A stretch of 64,000 nucleotides of DNA, taken from the NCBI RefSeq assembly GCF_006345805.1, contig NC_042997.1, positions 93,992,001 to 94,056,000 of the forward strand. The letters run 5' to 3'. The notes under the pieces were generated by a model. The model was not told where the DNA came from. It made no database searches and saw only the letters and a program-made list of their open reading frames with translations. Position 1 is the first letter of the stretch, and every line of letters starts with the position of its first letter. A program made the translations under genes and the position numbers. The stretch comes from Octopus sinensis. Lineage: Eukaryota. Positions 12,419-24,976 of this stretch are shown piece by piece.

Positions 12419-14143
12419 TGAATTCCTATACTCTTGCGTATTTGTATTTAGAATTCATTTGTGGCTGTTGAAAGGATTTTGGGGGAGTGAAAAGACTGCA
12501 CGTTGGTTTGTGTTTTATTCATCATAGAGAATTAACAATAAGTATCAGTAAAAAGTGATGGTGTCTTACATTTTATTTATCATTTCATATTCCATTGACA
12601 TTGTAACTTATGGTTTGAAGCTATAAGACTTAGCAAATTATCCTGACCATATAAATTATTTATACAGTACATCATAAAATAGGGATACGCTATAGAATGA
12701 AAACCTGATGTGTTATAAAAAAAAGTGGATGCCATATTCCAAATTAGCATCGCAAAATTAACTAAAAACAGCTACAAAACCGAAGTTAGCAAAAAGCGTG
12801 TTGACTAGTGTCATCGGTCGACAAATATCGGCACGGGCCAGCTAACAGTTTGTTCGCTGAAGCTATAAAGTAGAGCTTTGTCTCTTGTTAGATCCAATTA
12901 GTCCGAAGTGTCACTGACTGGCGAAACACAACGGTGTCAAAACACCGGCGGTCCCCGTGTCCCTTGCACTAATGAATCGAGTATGCTATGAAAACACATT
13001 CGTCGCAAAGGAGAAGTTGCTTCTGCTGTGTGAAACTCAATAGCGATTAGCATATTTATATTCGAATCAGCCGGATTGTATTAAAAATAATTATGCAAAT
13101 CAACGTTTCGATTAAATGTTTAAAATGTGCTTTTGGGTGTGCTCATTGTTTATCTCTCACTCTATTTATCTTCTGTTTTTGGGTCCTTGTGGCTAATAAA
13201 GAAACAACAGTCTGTGACCCTTCTACCGTCCTTGTCTAATTTTAGCTTTCCCACCTTCTGGTCCTCTCATGATTAAAATCAATAATAACTGAAACATCTG
13301 TAGTTAAATGCTATCTCACATAATTTTTAGCCATTAAAAACAACAACGAAACCTGTAATCGAAGAGGGTCAAGTAATGCTAACGAATTATTTTATCAAAG
13401 AAGGCGAGTGTGAGGATTCCAAAATTTAAATGTATTAGAAATTAAATGAAGACATACAGCGGTGAGTGAGTATGATGTTCAGGGTTCTTCATCCTTACCT
13501 CCCTTGACAAAAATTGTCACAATGATAACAACTTTTTTCCTCATTACAGGCCTAGTCTCATTTGGCTAAACGTTATTTTTGACTCACTGCACTAATGACT
13601 TAAGCCTGCAATTAATTGTGCTTTCTTTATGTGGAACACATGCTTGGAAAAATTGTTAATATCTATACTCTGTAAATGGTGTGCATATGTATATTGGCTT
13701 GTATGTAAGAGTATACATATTCTTACGCACTTGTGTTTACGTAATCGCTATATATATATATACATACATATATACACACACATATATATATATTTATATA
13801 TATATGTATGTGTGTGTGTGTGTATATGTATGTATATAAAATTTCAATCAGGTATATTTGTTATGATTGTCATCCGATATTTAAACTTATATTACTGTCT
13901 ATCTCTGTGAAACTCATTGAAATTTCTATGAACGTTTGAACAGTTGAACAGGTTTTTCCAAATTTTCCTTTGTAAATTTAAACTCTCTCAATTTATTTAT
14001 TTTTCACTATTGATAAACAAAAATTGTCGTAACCGGTTTGGTATTTGAATAAATTTATTACAAAATTTATAAACGACTAGATATTTTTAGATGCCTGGAG
14101 CATTTTCAAACGCCCAAAACAAATTCTCCAATACACAAACACA

Positions 14144-14200
<57 letters not shown>

Positions 14201-16119
14201 ACACACACACACATACACACACATACACACAAACACATGTATGTATGTATGTATATATGTATGCATGTATGTGTGTATTTGTGGATGCTTATAAAGAAAG
14301 GAATTTATGTATGTGTCTTCACTAATGATTCTAAATTAAGGGTATTCTTCCGCGTCTTCACGTTAATAGATTTTAAAGGTCAGATTTTCTTTTAGCATTT
14401 CACTCCGTTAACCACTTCTCCCTCTCATTTCTCTTTACTTGAACTATATCTTTTCATAGTATCTTGCTTGAGGTTGTGACTCTTGCTACCCACACCAATT
14501 CTTTTGTTTCCTTCCTCTATTCACTTCGTAACAAATTCTATCAACATTTCTGTAGCACTTCCACTCTCCTCTATAAACAATAATATAAAAATACTGTGAG
14601 TGCCTTTTACTGTTTAAATGACTCTCTCTTTGTTGCTCGTTGTTTCTTTCTCCATTTACATATCTTTCCCTCCTTCAGTTCGTTACTTGATCACCCCTTT
14701 TTCCTAGTACTTGTCTTAAGGCACTGGCTTTCCTATATCTTTCCTCTCCAATTTTACTTCTTCATTCGTTTACCTCGAACCTCAGACTTCTCTCCACCCC
14801 ACATTGCCTTTCTCTCGGCCTCTCGCCTCTTCCTCTTCCTCTTACACAATTCTACATCACTCCGTCATTTCAATACCTTCATCATGTATTGCCCACAAAA
14901 TGATTTGGTCTCTTTTCATCATGACCAGATGAAAGTCAAGGGCAGCAGAAGTTATCGAACTCTTCAATGAACTCTCCATAAGGGCAGATACACTAACATG
15001 CATAAACAGACCAGAGATTTATTTTTATAGAAAATTTCAACAGAATTACTCTTTTATGTTTCTAATAATTGATTTTCTATAAGTTACTGAAAACGAAGAT
15101 AACTTTCATGCAATTCATAGATACATCAACTTCAAACATTTTAACCCTAAAAAAGCAGCTTGTACGCATATTGATTTCTTATACAGACACGATTTTTTTC
15201 GATTTTCACTCATGTAAATAATGTCCTGACCAAAAACATAACGAAATCTGTAGAGCTGAGAGCTTTGAATATGAGACACATTGTCTATTCGATTATTTTG
15301 CATCTAAGCTTAAAATAGAGATGCTAATAATACTTTCTGCTTTAGGCACAAGGCCTGACATTTTGTAGGAAGGGTTAGTCGATTACATCAATCTCAATTC
15401 TCATTTTATCGATCCCGAAAAGGATAAAAGGCTATGTGGAAGAATTTGAACTCAGAACTTAAAGAGGGAAGAAATACTGCTAAACATTTAATCGGGAGCG
15501 CTAACGGTTCTAGAAGCTCGCCGCTTTAAATAGTGCTACTAACAGTCCTTTCTAACATAGGGCACAAGACCTGAGATTTTCAGAGGGAGGGGATTAGTCG
15601 ATTATTAATACCAGTGTTCAGATGGTATTTATTTTATCGACCCCGGAAGTACGAAAAGGCGAAGTCAACCTCGGCTGAATTTGAACTCAGAACGCTAAGA
15701 CGGACAAAATGCTAAGCATTTTGTTTGGCTTGATAACTATTCTTAAAAGTGATACTAATAATCTTAGAAAATTTTGGCGAAGACCAGCAATATTTTGGGA
15801 ATGAGTAAGTCATCACATCGACACCAGTGTTCATCTGGTGCTCATTTTATCGACCCTGTAAGGATGAAAGGCAAAATCGATTTCGGTGGTGTTTGAACTC
15901 AGCATAATATTAGAAGAAAAGCTGCTAAGCATTTTGTCCGGCTTGCTAACGATTCTGCCAGTTTGCCTCCTCAATAGAGCTGCTATTGGAGGGAGGGGAC
16001 TAGTCGATTACATCGATCCAAGTGTTTCACTGGTACTTAATTTATTGACCCCGAAAGGATGAGAGGCAAAGTCGACCTTGGTGGAATTTGAACTCAGAAC
16101 GTAGCGACGGGCGAAATAC

Positions 16120-16351
16120 CTATTTCTTTACTACCCACAAGGGGCTAAACACAGAGAGAACAAACAAGGACAGACAAACGGATTAAGTCGATTACATCGA
16201 CCCCAGTGCATAACTGGTACTTAATTTATCGACCCCGAAAGGGTGAAAGGCAAAGTCGACCTCGGCGGAATTTGAACTCAGAACGTAACGGCAGACGAAA
16301 TACGGCTACGCATTTCGCCCGGCGTGCTAACGATTCTGCCAGCTCGCCGCC

Positions 16352-16353
<2 letters not shown>
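16120..16353 (-). mobile_element. Young-type OK-like SINE within the array
   Basis: Near-consensus sequence from CTATTTCTTTACTACCCACAAGGGGC to GCTCGCCGCCTT. Confidence 0.9.
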
Positions 16354-16420
<67 letters not shown>

Positions 16421-16421
<1 letters not shown>

Positions 16422-16470
16422 GCTGCGCTCGGTAGTGAAGTGAAAGCACGCTATAAAAATAAAACTACTG
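16421..16470 (+). mobile_element. 50-bp 3' tip of an R4/Dong-type LINE inside a (TAA)n tract
   Basis: Identical to 27271-27320, and flanked by (AAT)n at 16354-16420 and 16471-16484. Confidence 0.85.
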
Positions 16471-17329
16471 AATAATAATAATAACAACAGATTTTGACAT
16501 AAAGCCAGCAATTTCAGGGGAATGGGTAATTCGAGAACATCGACCCCTGAAAGGATGAAAGGCAAAGTGGACTTGGCGGAATTCGAACTCAAACTGTGAA
16601 AACGGAGGAAATGCCTTAAAGCATTTTGTGCGGCTCGCCGACGATTCTATCGGTTCACTTCCTTAATAGTGCTACTAATAATAACAGATTTTCAAGACGA
16701 CGTGGAATTCTTTACCGGGTTGCTGGAAATAGCAACTAAATCCTTCTTGAATCGCACACTGTCGATTTAAATAAGGAAAACAAAAAAACACATTACTCAA
16801 AGGTGGTCTTAAATAAGACAAGATTGTCATGACTAAAATACTTTTGATCTGCTCGACTAGGGATGTCCTAGAGCTAAATAGCAGCAATAACAACAAGAAT
16901 GATAAATATTAGATATATTCGGTGGTGACAGATCTTGAATAGATTGTATGATGATTTCAAAGAATCGGCACTTTCTATTGTTACCATAGTTACACTTTAT
17001 TGACTGACCAGCATTTATACTTATGGACATTTTTTTTCTTTCGCCTTGTTCGTTCCTGCACTTTACACACTTAAGCGTGTGCCTGATGAGTGTATGTGTG
17101 TGCGTGTGTGTGTGTATTTGTGTGCGTGTATTTGTGTATATATGTGTGTATATGTGTGAGTGTGTATAAATGAGCATGTGTAGTTGTTTTCATATGTCAT
17201 ATCTTATCAAGAACTTAATAAGATTTCGAAAAATCTACTTCAGTATCAGCAGTAATACTGTTCACGCAGCGTCATCGTCATCGCCGTCATCTATCTACTG
17301 TGTTTTTTTCCATCTTCTACTTGATCATC

Positions 17330-17337
17330 ATTATCTA

Positions 17338-17375
<38 letters not shown>

Positions 17376-17450
17376 ACTACTACTGCTACTGCTGCTACTG
17401 CTGCGGCTTCTGCCGGCGCCACCACGATCACCACCACCACCTCCACCACC

Positions 17451-17516
<66 letters not shown>

Positions 17517-17670
17517 GCTGTTGCTGCTGCTACTGCTGCTGCTGCTGCTACTCTACTCTTAATACAATTTCTAATCATCATTATCATCGCCGTCATCTCT
17601 ACCCCGCCTCCTCCTCCTCCTTCTCCTCCTCCACATCATCATCATCATCATTATCATCATCGTCATCTTC
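17330..17670. repeat. Compound trinucleotide microsatellite (CTA/CTG/CAC/CCT/ATC)
   Basis: Tandem blocks that produce the homopolymeric ORFs in the track. Confidence 0.9.
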
Positions 17671-19928
17671 ACGGTCATGGTCGTGGGCAATGCTCTTGCC
17701 AAAGCCTCGGCAGCCACATTCTTTCCACTGAGATAGAATGAAGATAGTTGTCTTGAAGAAGAGGAAAAGTGTATTATACGAAGCACTACTCACAGTACAG
17801 CGCTACGGATTCTGAGGGAGGGAAGGAGAGAGAGAGTGAGAGTGAGAAGGAGGGAGGGAGAGAAAGATAGAGGAAGTGATTGAGAGGAAGGATGAAGTAG
17901 AGAGAGGAATCAACAAGTACTTTATTTTATGGTCTCCAGAAGGATAGAAATTAAAGTCGATTTTGGCGAGATTTGAACACAGGGCCGGAATAAAATGCTA
18001 CAACATAACTGATTGACACTAATAATTCTGCAAATCGACCTCCCTATACTACTACTACTACTACTACTACTACTGACGCATACTCCGTTGCTACTAAATC
18101 TCAGATACACACTAATTCTAACCTTAAATGTTGCTACCAGTAATCAAAGACTTATCAAAGTGCAAAGACCACCATCAACAGTATCATATTTAGGCTGCAT
18201 GTACATTTGTTTTTCTAGTTAAGCACAAAATCTCTACATTATACGGGAAATGAAAGGAGCGGGAGAATCGTTGGATCTCCACTCTTCAGTTTCTCCTTCA
18301 AGTTAGAAATACTGTCAAATTCCTTGTACTATTTCTTCTGAGTGTCTGTGATCAGGGCCCAGTTCCCACTGAGTTAAAATTTGCCTTACCTCCTTTCGGG
18401 ATCGATAAAATATAGCACCAGTCGAGAGCGGTTGATTTTTCGAAATTTGTTAGGGTATCGGATATCGACCAATCTAACATAATTAACCTAGCCGTTGGGT
18501 ATCTCTAACGGAGTTCACGCTTGAAAAATTCAGACAATATTTCCAGTTTAAGGATAACCTTCTCATTTTCGTCCTCCAGTATCGATGAGTCCCTGGAAAA
18601 ATTAAGGCTTATGTCGATTTCCCTTCTCTGTTTGATTAAGGGGTTAAAAGAAATGATAAAAAGGATATGACCTTATGAATTTTGTTGTTTAGTGTAATTT
18701 CAGTTGTTTGTATTCTTTGCTCATTGTCTTATATATTATGGACAGAGGCATTATTAATACCGAAAGATAATATTCATCTCCACTTAAACGCGGATGATCT
18801 ACTAGAACAAATTATACTGCGCTAGTTTCCGAAAGAGAAACTCTCATATTGGCTATTTGGTGCAAAATGAAAAAAAAAAAAAAATGAGAGTTTCTTTCAT
18901 GGCAACCCCTGCAGTATAGGCTGTTCTTATAGAGCATCTCCGTTTAAGTGGGGATAAATATTACCACTCATTGGCTGTTCGTAATCGGTAACACCTCGTT
19001 CGTGTAATAACACTGCTCATCTCAGTTTTATGATTATCGCATCGGATACAGCCGTGCTGTTAACGATCTTCTCGGGAAAAGAATTCTCTGCTCTAACCCT
19101 TCTCTTATTTACTGTGTGATTCTGGTAATCTGTAACGATAACAGTAAATCTTTTTTCAACGAACGTTGCTTGTTGTCGTAGTTATTTGGCACTGAAGCTC
19201 GAGTAGATGAGGTATTTTAGATTCCAATTATTCTTCATCCTTTTCAGGCAAGCTATCGATGGATCTTTCCTAACCCTTTTATGGAATTGATACATATCTT
19301 AGTTAAATTCAAAAGCCCACTGAATTTTTTCTTGATTGTTCCGCGACCTGTAATAGCTAACCTGAGCTCTTGTCCAGCCATGGGATTGATAACAGTAATC
19401 CTGTATCCTGAATTTCAATAAATCTCCGCTATAATGTTTCTTAAAAAAAGTGCTTCTGTGAATATTTACAAAGAAGATAAACAGTTTTATTTTTATCAGG
19501 CTTGTCTCAATGGCAAAAGTTCTAGAGGATAAAATTCATCGCGGAAAAATGAATAATTCCTTTATACCGAAATACTGTCTTCGACGCCATTTCGTATGTG
19601 TACGTATGCATGTAAGTGTGTATGCAACTATCTGTGTTTCTGTCATCCTATGTAGTTATCAACCTCTACGTGTGTATGTATTATGTGTATGTGTTTAACT
19701 ATGAGTATGCATGCATGTGCGAGTGTGTGTATGTGTGTGCGTGGTTGTGTCAGTGTATAATTTACACAAAGAAGTGCCTTGAAAAAATCTTTTGCTATTT
19801 GTTCTGCCCAAATTTTACCAGGTGCTTCCATGATAGTACCATCATCGCAAATGCTGTGAACCTGTAACTGGCCTGTTTAAAACCTGCAACACACACACAC
19901 ACGTACACATACACACATGCGCACACAT

Positions 19929-19976
<48 letters not shown>

Positions 19977-20779
19977 TCACACACACACACAAGAAGCACG
20001 AAACAAAATAATTGAAGAAATAAACAGTGAAGAATGAACTGGTGTTTCTATCTAGAAAGTGAGATGCTTCGCTTAAACCAGTTTAAAACAGATTCACCTC
20101 ATTGGGTATTTATCCCCTACAATTTTAGAATTGGCAGAAACTTGCAGATATTAAAGTGCTTCTGAGTGGATTAATACTTCATCTATTCTTTGAAAATTAT
20201 CTGAAATTGGCAGATAAGAAAATCACAATTTCCGTTCGAAGTTGTTTATATTACTAAATTTAGAAGTTATCGTTGGTTGATTTGAATGAAATAATCAAAA
20301 ACAGTTCCATTCTACTTAATCATTAGAATTTTATAATAGCTTTTATTAATTTGGGCTACGCGCATTTCTCTTAGACAGTTTTTGACTCTCTCTCTCTTTC
20401 TTTCTACTTCCCTCTCTTCCCTATCTCTCTCTCTCGCTTACTTTTTTTATTGCTCTTATTGTCTTTTATTCCCACCTTTCAGTACTTGCATACAATTCAT
20501 ATGATTATTAGTTTGTATACAAACTGCACTGCTGGACATTCCCTTCTTATACAGTCGAGGAGATCATTACGGTTTTGCTTCTGTCTATTTGCCTGTATGT
20601 CTCTCTCTCCTTCATCTTCTCTCTCTCTCTCTCTGTCTCTCTCGCTAACCGTGCTGGGTAGCATTTATGGTATTAGGGAATGTATGGGTAACATTGGTTC
20701 ACACTATAGTACAGTTTTCTCCACCCTCCTTTGTCTGCTTCTTTGACTGGAACGAAACATACAGAGGAAACCCAAAGAA

Positions 20780-20992
20780 ATAAATTTATCAAAGAAAATT
20801 CTCTCTGCAACAAAAATCAGTATACTAACTAAAGGATTAAAATTTACCCCAACCCCACGAAGATCTGATCAGAATGAAATTAAAAGCAATATTTCGGAAT
20901 TCTGCAGTAACATACGACTCACAGAAGCACTGACTGACTATAACAACGAGGATGAATCATTGGTTAAAAACAGAAGCAATTATCTTCCACCT
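20780..20992 (+). mobile_element. Penelope-like ORF fragment (pre-RT region)
   Basis: Translates INLSKKILSATKISILTKGLKFTPTP...SLVKNRSNYLPP. At the nucleotide level it matches the minus-strand copy at ~42240-42450. Confidence 0.8.
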
Positions 20993-21037
20993 ATTATAGT
21001 TACCTTTTTGGTGATACATTGTTAGAAAACTGCCTAA

Positions 21038-21044
<7 letters not shown>

Positions 21045-21112
<68 letters not shown>
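21045..21112. repeat. (TA)n microsatellite
   Basis: Tandem dinucleotide repeat. Confidence 0.95.
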
Positions 21113-21114
<2 letters not shown>

Positions 21115-21341
21115 TAATGCATGCACACACGCACTTGCACGAATACTATCAAACACAAATGAATTGTACACTCACGCACGTGAACGCTCTCCCCACCATA
21201 AGAATAGTTTCGAATTACAATGATATAAACATAAAGACACAAACACACGCAAACACCCACCCCCATTCACAAATTGTGCAAATGATTCGTTTGACAGATC
21301 AGTAGAACGACACAAATTGTAATTTGTCACGAACCATTAGA

Positions 21342-21427
<86 letters not shown>

Positions 21428-21474
21428 CATATATATATATCTTCAATGTTTTTCTACTAGTTAGTTATATTAGT

Positions 21475-21840
21475 TTCAAATTTCGGCACAAGGCCAGCAA
21501 TTTCGGGCAAGTGGGTAAGTCGATTATATCGACTTCGAAATGATGAAATTAAAGTCGACCTCGGCTGAATTTGAACTCGGACGAAATGCTGCTAAGAATT
21601 TTGACCGGCGTGCTAACAATTCTGTCAAGGCATAAAATATATTGATTTCAAATTTTGGCACAAGGCCAGCAATTTCAGTGGAGGGGCAAGTCGATTACAT
21701 CGACCCTAATGTTCAGCTGCTACTTATTTTGTTGACCATGAAAGGGATGAAAGGCAAAGTCAACTTCGGCAGAATTTGTTCTCGGAACATAAAGATGGAC
21801 GAAATGCCACTAAGCATTTTGCGTAACGTGCTAACGATAC
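21475..21840 (-). mobile_element. Two tandem older OK-like SINE copies
   Basis: Two GGCACAAGGCCAGCAATTTC...GTCGA...GCTAAC units at ~21475-21625 and ~21645-21840. Confidence 0.8.
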
Positions 21841-21936
21841 ATGTTTGCATGAATATATGTATGACTGTATACTTCACGGTATGTATGTATACATACACAT
21901 CCCGTATGTATGTATGTATGTATGTAGGTATGTATG

Positions 21937-21971
<35 letters not shown>

Positions 21972-21996
21972 AATAAGCAACAATAATGACTCCGGT

Positions 21997-22084
21997 AATT
22001 TGGTACGATCGTTTCGCACTACATTTTATTAAATGTTGTAAGTATTACAACAGTTTCAAAATGCTGACTACTCATCAACCAATT
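21997..22084 (-). ncRNA. Minimal type I hammerhead ribozyme motif with long stem II (core C3 changed to T)
   Basis: The minus strand reads TTGG-TTGATGA-[GTA...CATTTT...TGTTGTAA-TAC-TTACAACA...AAAATG...TGC]-GAAAC-GATC-GT-A-CCAA. It has stem I TTGG/CCAA, palindromic stem III ACGATCGT and a GUA cleavage triplet. Confidence 0.6.
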
Positions 22085-22943
22085 ATAGAGGTTTTCCATT
22101 AATACAAAAATTTTCATATCAAGTGGCAATATTATAGAGAAGGTAGATACATAGGCAAAGATGTGGATTTAAATTCTAAGAATATTTGAGGTAGTAGAGC
22201 TCATCAACTGACTGACTAAGTTTCAGTTGTTCCAAACTACTTTTAGGTTCTGAGAATGAAGAACAAGTGAGAGGAGGCAATAAAGATGTTCTAATTATAG
22301 AAATGGGGTAAATGGGATAAATGGGATGTCATAGCTCCATATAAGGAATTTGTGTGGGAGACTGCATTGTCACAACTAAATGCCCATTACTACTATTTGA
22401 TGAACAGATTCAGCGCTAGGAGAACTAGGTCAATGTCAAATGGTCACAATAATATTCCCAGAGAATGCAGAGACCTTAACAAACCATATGCATATCATCA
22501 CAACAGTATTGGAGAACACTTTAAAAAGGAGAATTTAATTCTAAGTTTGTAATGAAGTTTTTTAATCATTTATGGGTGTTAAACTAAAACCAGTATGGTA
22601 TATTCTTTCCTATTTGGTTAAATATATATTTTGTAAAGATATCTTAGACTGATTATATATTAAGAAATGGAAGTGAGATAATCAAGGTGAACTGAATAGT
22701 TTCTTTATGGACATAGGATTCATACTATTTAGTATTCATACTATTTGGGATTCATGCTATTTAGGATTCCAACGATTTAGATTCATACAGTTTAATTTTA
22801 GAAAAAATAATTTAATTTTAAGTTTGCAGTGATGTTATTTTCGTCATCTATAAATGTTAAATTGAAAGCTAGTATGGTATATTCCTACTTATTTGGTTAT
22901 AAAGAATTAAAATTTGAGGAATATAGGAATAATCACAAAAATA

Positions 22944-23290
22944 TTACTTAAAGTATTTAAACGTTCGGGTTGTGCGATGTATACAAGATACTCCTAGCTC
23001 CAAACGGTTATTCAACAGATTTGTATTACTCTGATGTTTTAAAATTTCATAGGTTTCCATAGAACAAAGCTGACAACCATCCCTACTATTTCTATAAGGT
23101 TGCGCTCTTCTAACTATGTCCCATTTTAGGTTGAATTCTATATTATTTGTTTTTAGTTCCCAAATTTTGCTAGATAATGTTGTGCAACCTGCCTTATGTT
23201 TGAGCCTAAAAGAGGAAAAATGATTTAGACGTTTTTTAAACGGTAGATTTTTCGGTAGATTTAAAAAAAACGTCTTAACAATAATTTTTC
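22944..23290 (-). mobile_element. Penelope-like GIY-YIG C-terminal fragment
   Basis: FKKRLNHFSSF...TTLSSKIWELK...FNLKWDIVRRAQPY...CQLCSMETYEI...LLNNRLEL..SCIHR is the typical Penelope C-terminus. Confidence 0.88.
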
Positions 23291-23966
23291 CTAATCGACT
23301 CACCCACCTCCGTCAAAATTCCAGGACTTGTGCCTAGAGTAGAAAAGGATATTCCCGTCATCGTACAACCACAGATCGCAGTAGTCGACGGCGCGCCATA
23401 AATGAAATACGGGGTGAGCTCCATTAGAAAATATAGTGATTTGTCTTAAGCACAATGACACCTCTAGACATGCTTCGGTTTAATTGCAGCTTATTAGATA
23501 TAAACAGTCCAATATCTCCATCTTAATCAGTGAACGCTCCTTTTTTTGTCTTTACCATCCAGTGCCTTTAAATTCACTCAATTCTCAGACATTGTAAGGT
23601 CTGGAAACAACTATAACTAAACAACTACAACAACGAAGACCATCAAAAAGAGCAACAGCAACAATATCAAATAAACAACTTAGAATCTACTATCGATATA
23701 CGTTTTGTGCGTATGACCTAATGAATTGTCATTTAGAACAAAGTCAACCATTAATATTGCAATAAACAGGCTTTTAAAGATGTCTGTTCTTGAGTGATAT
23801 TGTCAAGTAACTTCGACTGGAAGATTGTTAATGTCCATTAAAATGATATCTGGCCATCAGCAAAGTTTAGGACACAAAAATAAAGTATATGTATGTATAT
23901 ATTTACATAATAATATAAATCGTATACGCATGTATATATATATATATATATAATATATAAATGCAC

Positions 23967-24023
<57 letters not shown>

Positions 24024-24198
24024 TATGTGTGTGTGTATTATATATATATAAATACACACACACACACATATATACAAGAATATACGTATAATATCTATAA
24101 GTATATATAAGTATGTTATAATAAAGGTTTTTCGCCTAATGGTTTAATGTAATAGGTATGTACTATAAGTGCTCGGCTTGGTTTGCCACTAAAACTTA

Positions 24199-24317
24199 AT
24201 ATAAAATATATAATCATAATGAAGGATACTTGGAAAAAAATTACCAAATTACTTCTATTTCTAGCATGTTGGTATTTTTTCTAAGTACCCTTCATTATGA
24301 TTATATATTTTGTATAT
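24199..24317. repeat. Fold-back hairpin with ~49-bp arms and a 21-nt loop
   Basis: 24199-24247 is the near-perfect reverse complement of 24269-24317. Confidence 0.85.
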
Positions 24318-24328
24318 AATTATAAATC

Positions 24329-24415
<87 letters not shown>

Positions 24416-24611
24416 CCCCTTGACACCTATGTTATGTACCCCTCACTAAATCAACTGATGTCTATCTACTCTAATATATTTACTACTCTGTTTCCTTCAC
24501 ACATTCCTGTACTCCTTCAAGGCTTTCGATCATATCTGCCACACTTTCTCTTCAGAGATTGAACTAATAACTTCTATCATCTCTTACTATAGATTTTCCT
24601 TGATACTTTAA

Positions 24612-24865
24612 CAATGGAACTGCTAACGGTTATGATATTTTACTAAGGATTTCTTTAATTCTTTGATCATGGGACCACCAACTACTATTATCTTTTTACT
24701 GTGAATATTCCTTAGTTCTTCGACGAATTGGCAACTACTAATATCTTTGATTAAGAATATTGTTTATTCATTTCTCTCTGTCTCCGATGACAGTGTAGTT
24801 AGCTTACCTTTATTCAATAAAATACGCTCTACATGATTAGTATTCTAGAAACAGCTGTAAGAGAC
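24612..24865 (+). repeat. Second copy of the hammerhead-bearing repeat, with a partial internal tandem duplication
   Basis: Homologous to 798-990 (-). CCGATGA at 24784-24790 and GAAAC-AGCT-GTA-AGA at 24848-24862. Confidence 0.55.
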
Positions 24866-24976
24866 TTTACGTATTATTATAAATACTCTATTTCATGTGT
24901 GTGTATATATATAATACATATATATATATTATATATATATATATATATAGTATATATATATATATATATATATATA

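Larger units (their letters stand above)
15335..16690 (-). repeat. Head-to-tail array of about five to six OK-like SINE-derived units
   Basis: SINE bodies repeat in the same orientation, separated by AATAGTGCTACTAA-like linkers at 15529, 15745, 15973 and 16665. Confidence 0.75.

Noticed and set aside
14340-14980. Pyrimidine-rich stretch that looks like a reverse-strand LINE remnant
   Set aside because: No diagnostic motif could be read, so it is left unannotated.
15335-16690. CRISPR-like repeat-spacer appearance
   Set aside because: The context is eukaryotic, the units are ~200-bp SINE bodies, and there are no cas genes.
17170-17793. Poly-L/V/Y/C/H/D ORFs suggesting a low-complexity structural protein
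   Set aside because: All frames are open only because of trinucleotide repeats. No splice or start context supports them.
18490-18600. Minus-strand exon-like frame DSSILEDENEKVILKLEILSEFFKRELR
   Set aside because: Short and unassigned, with no convincing donor site.
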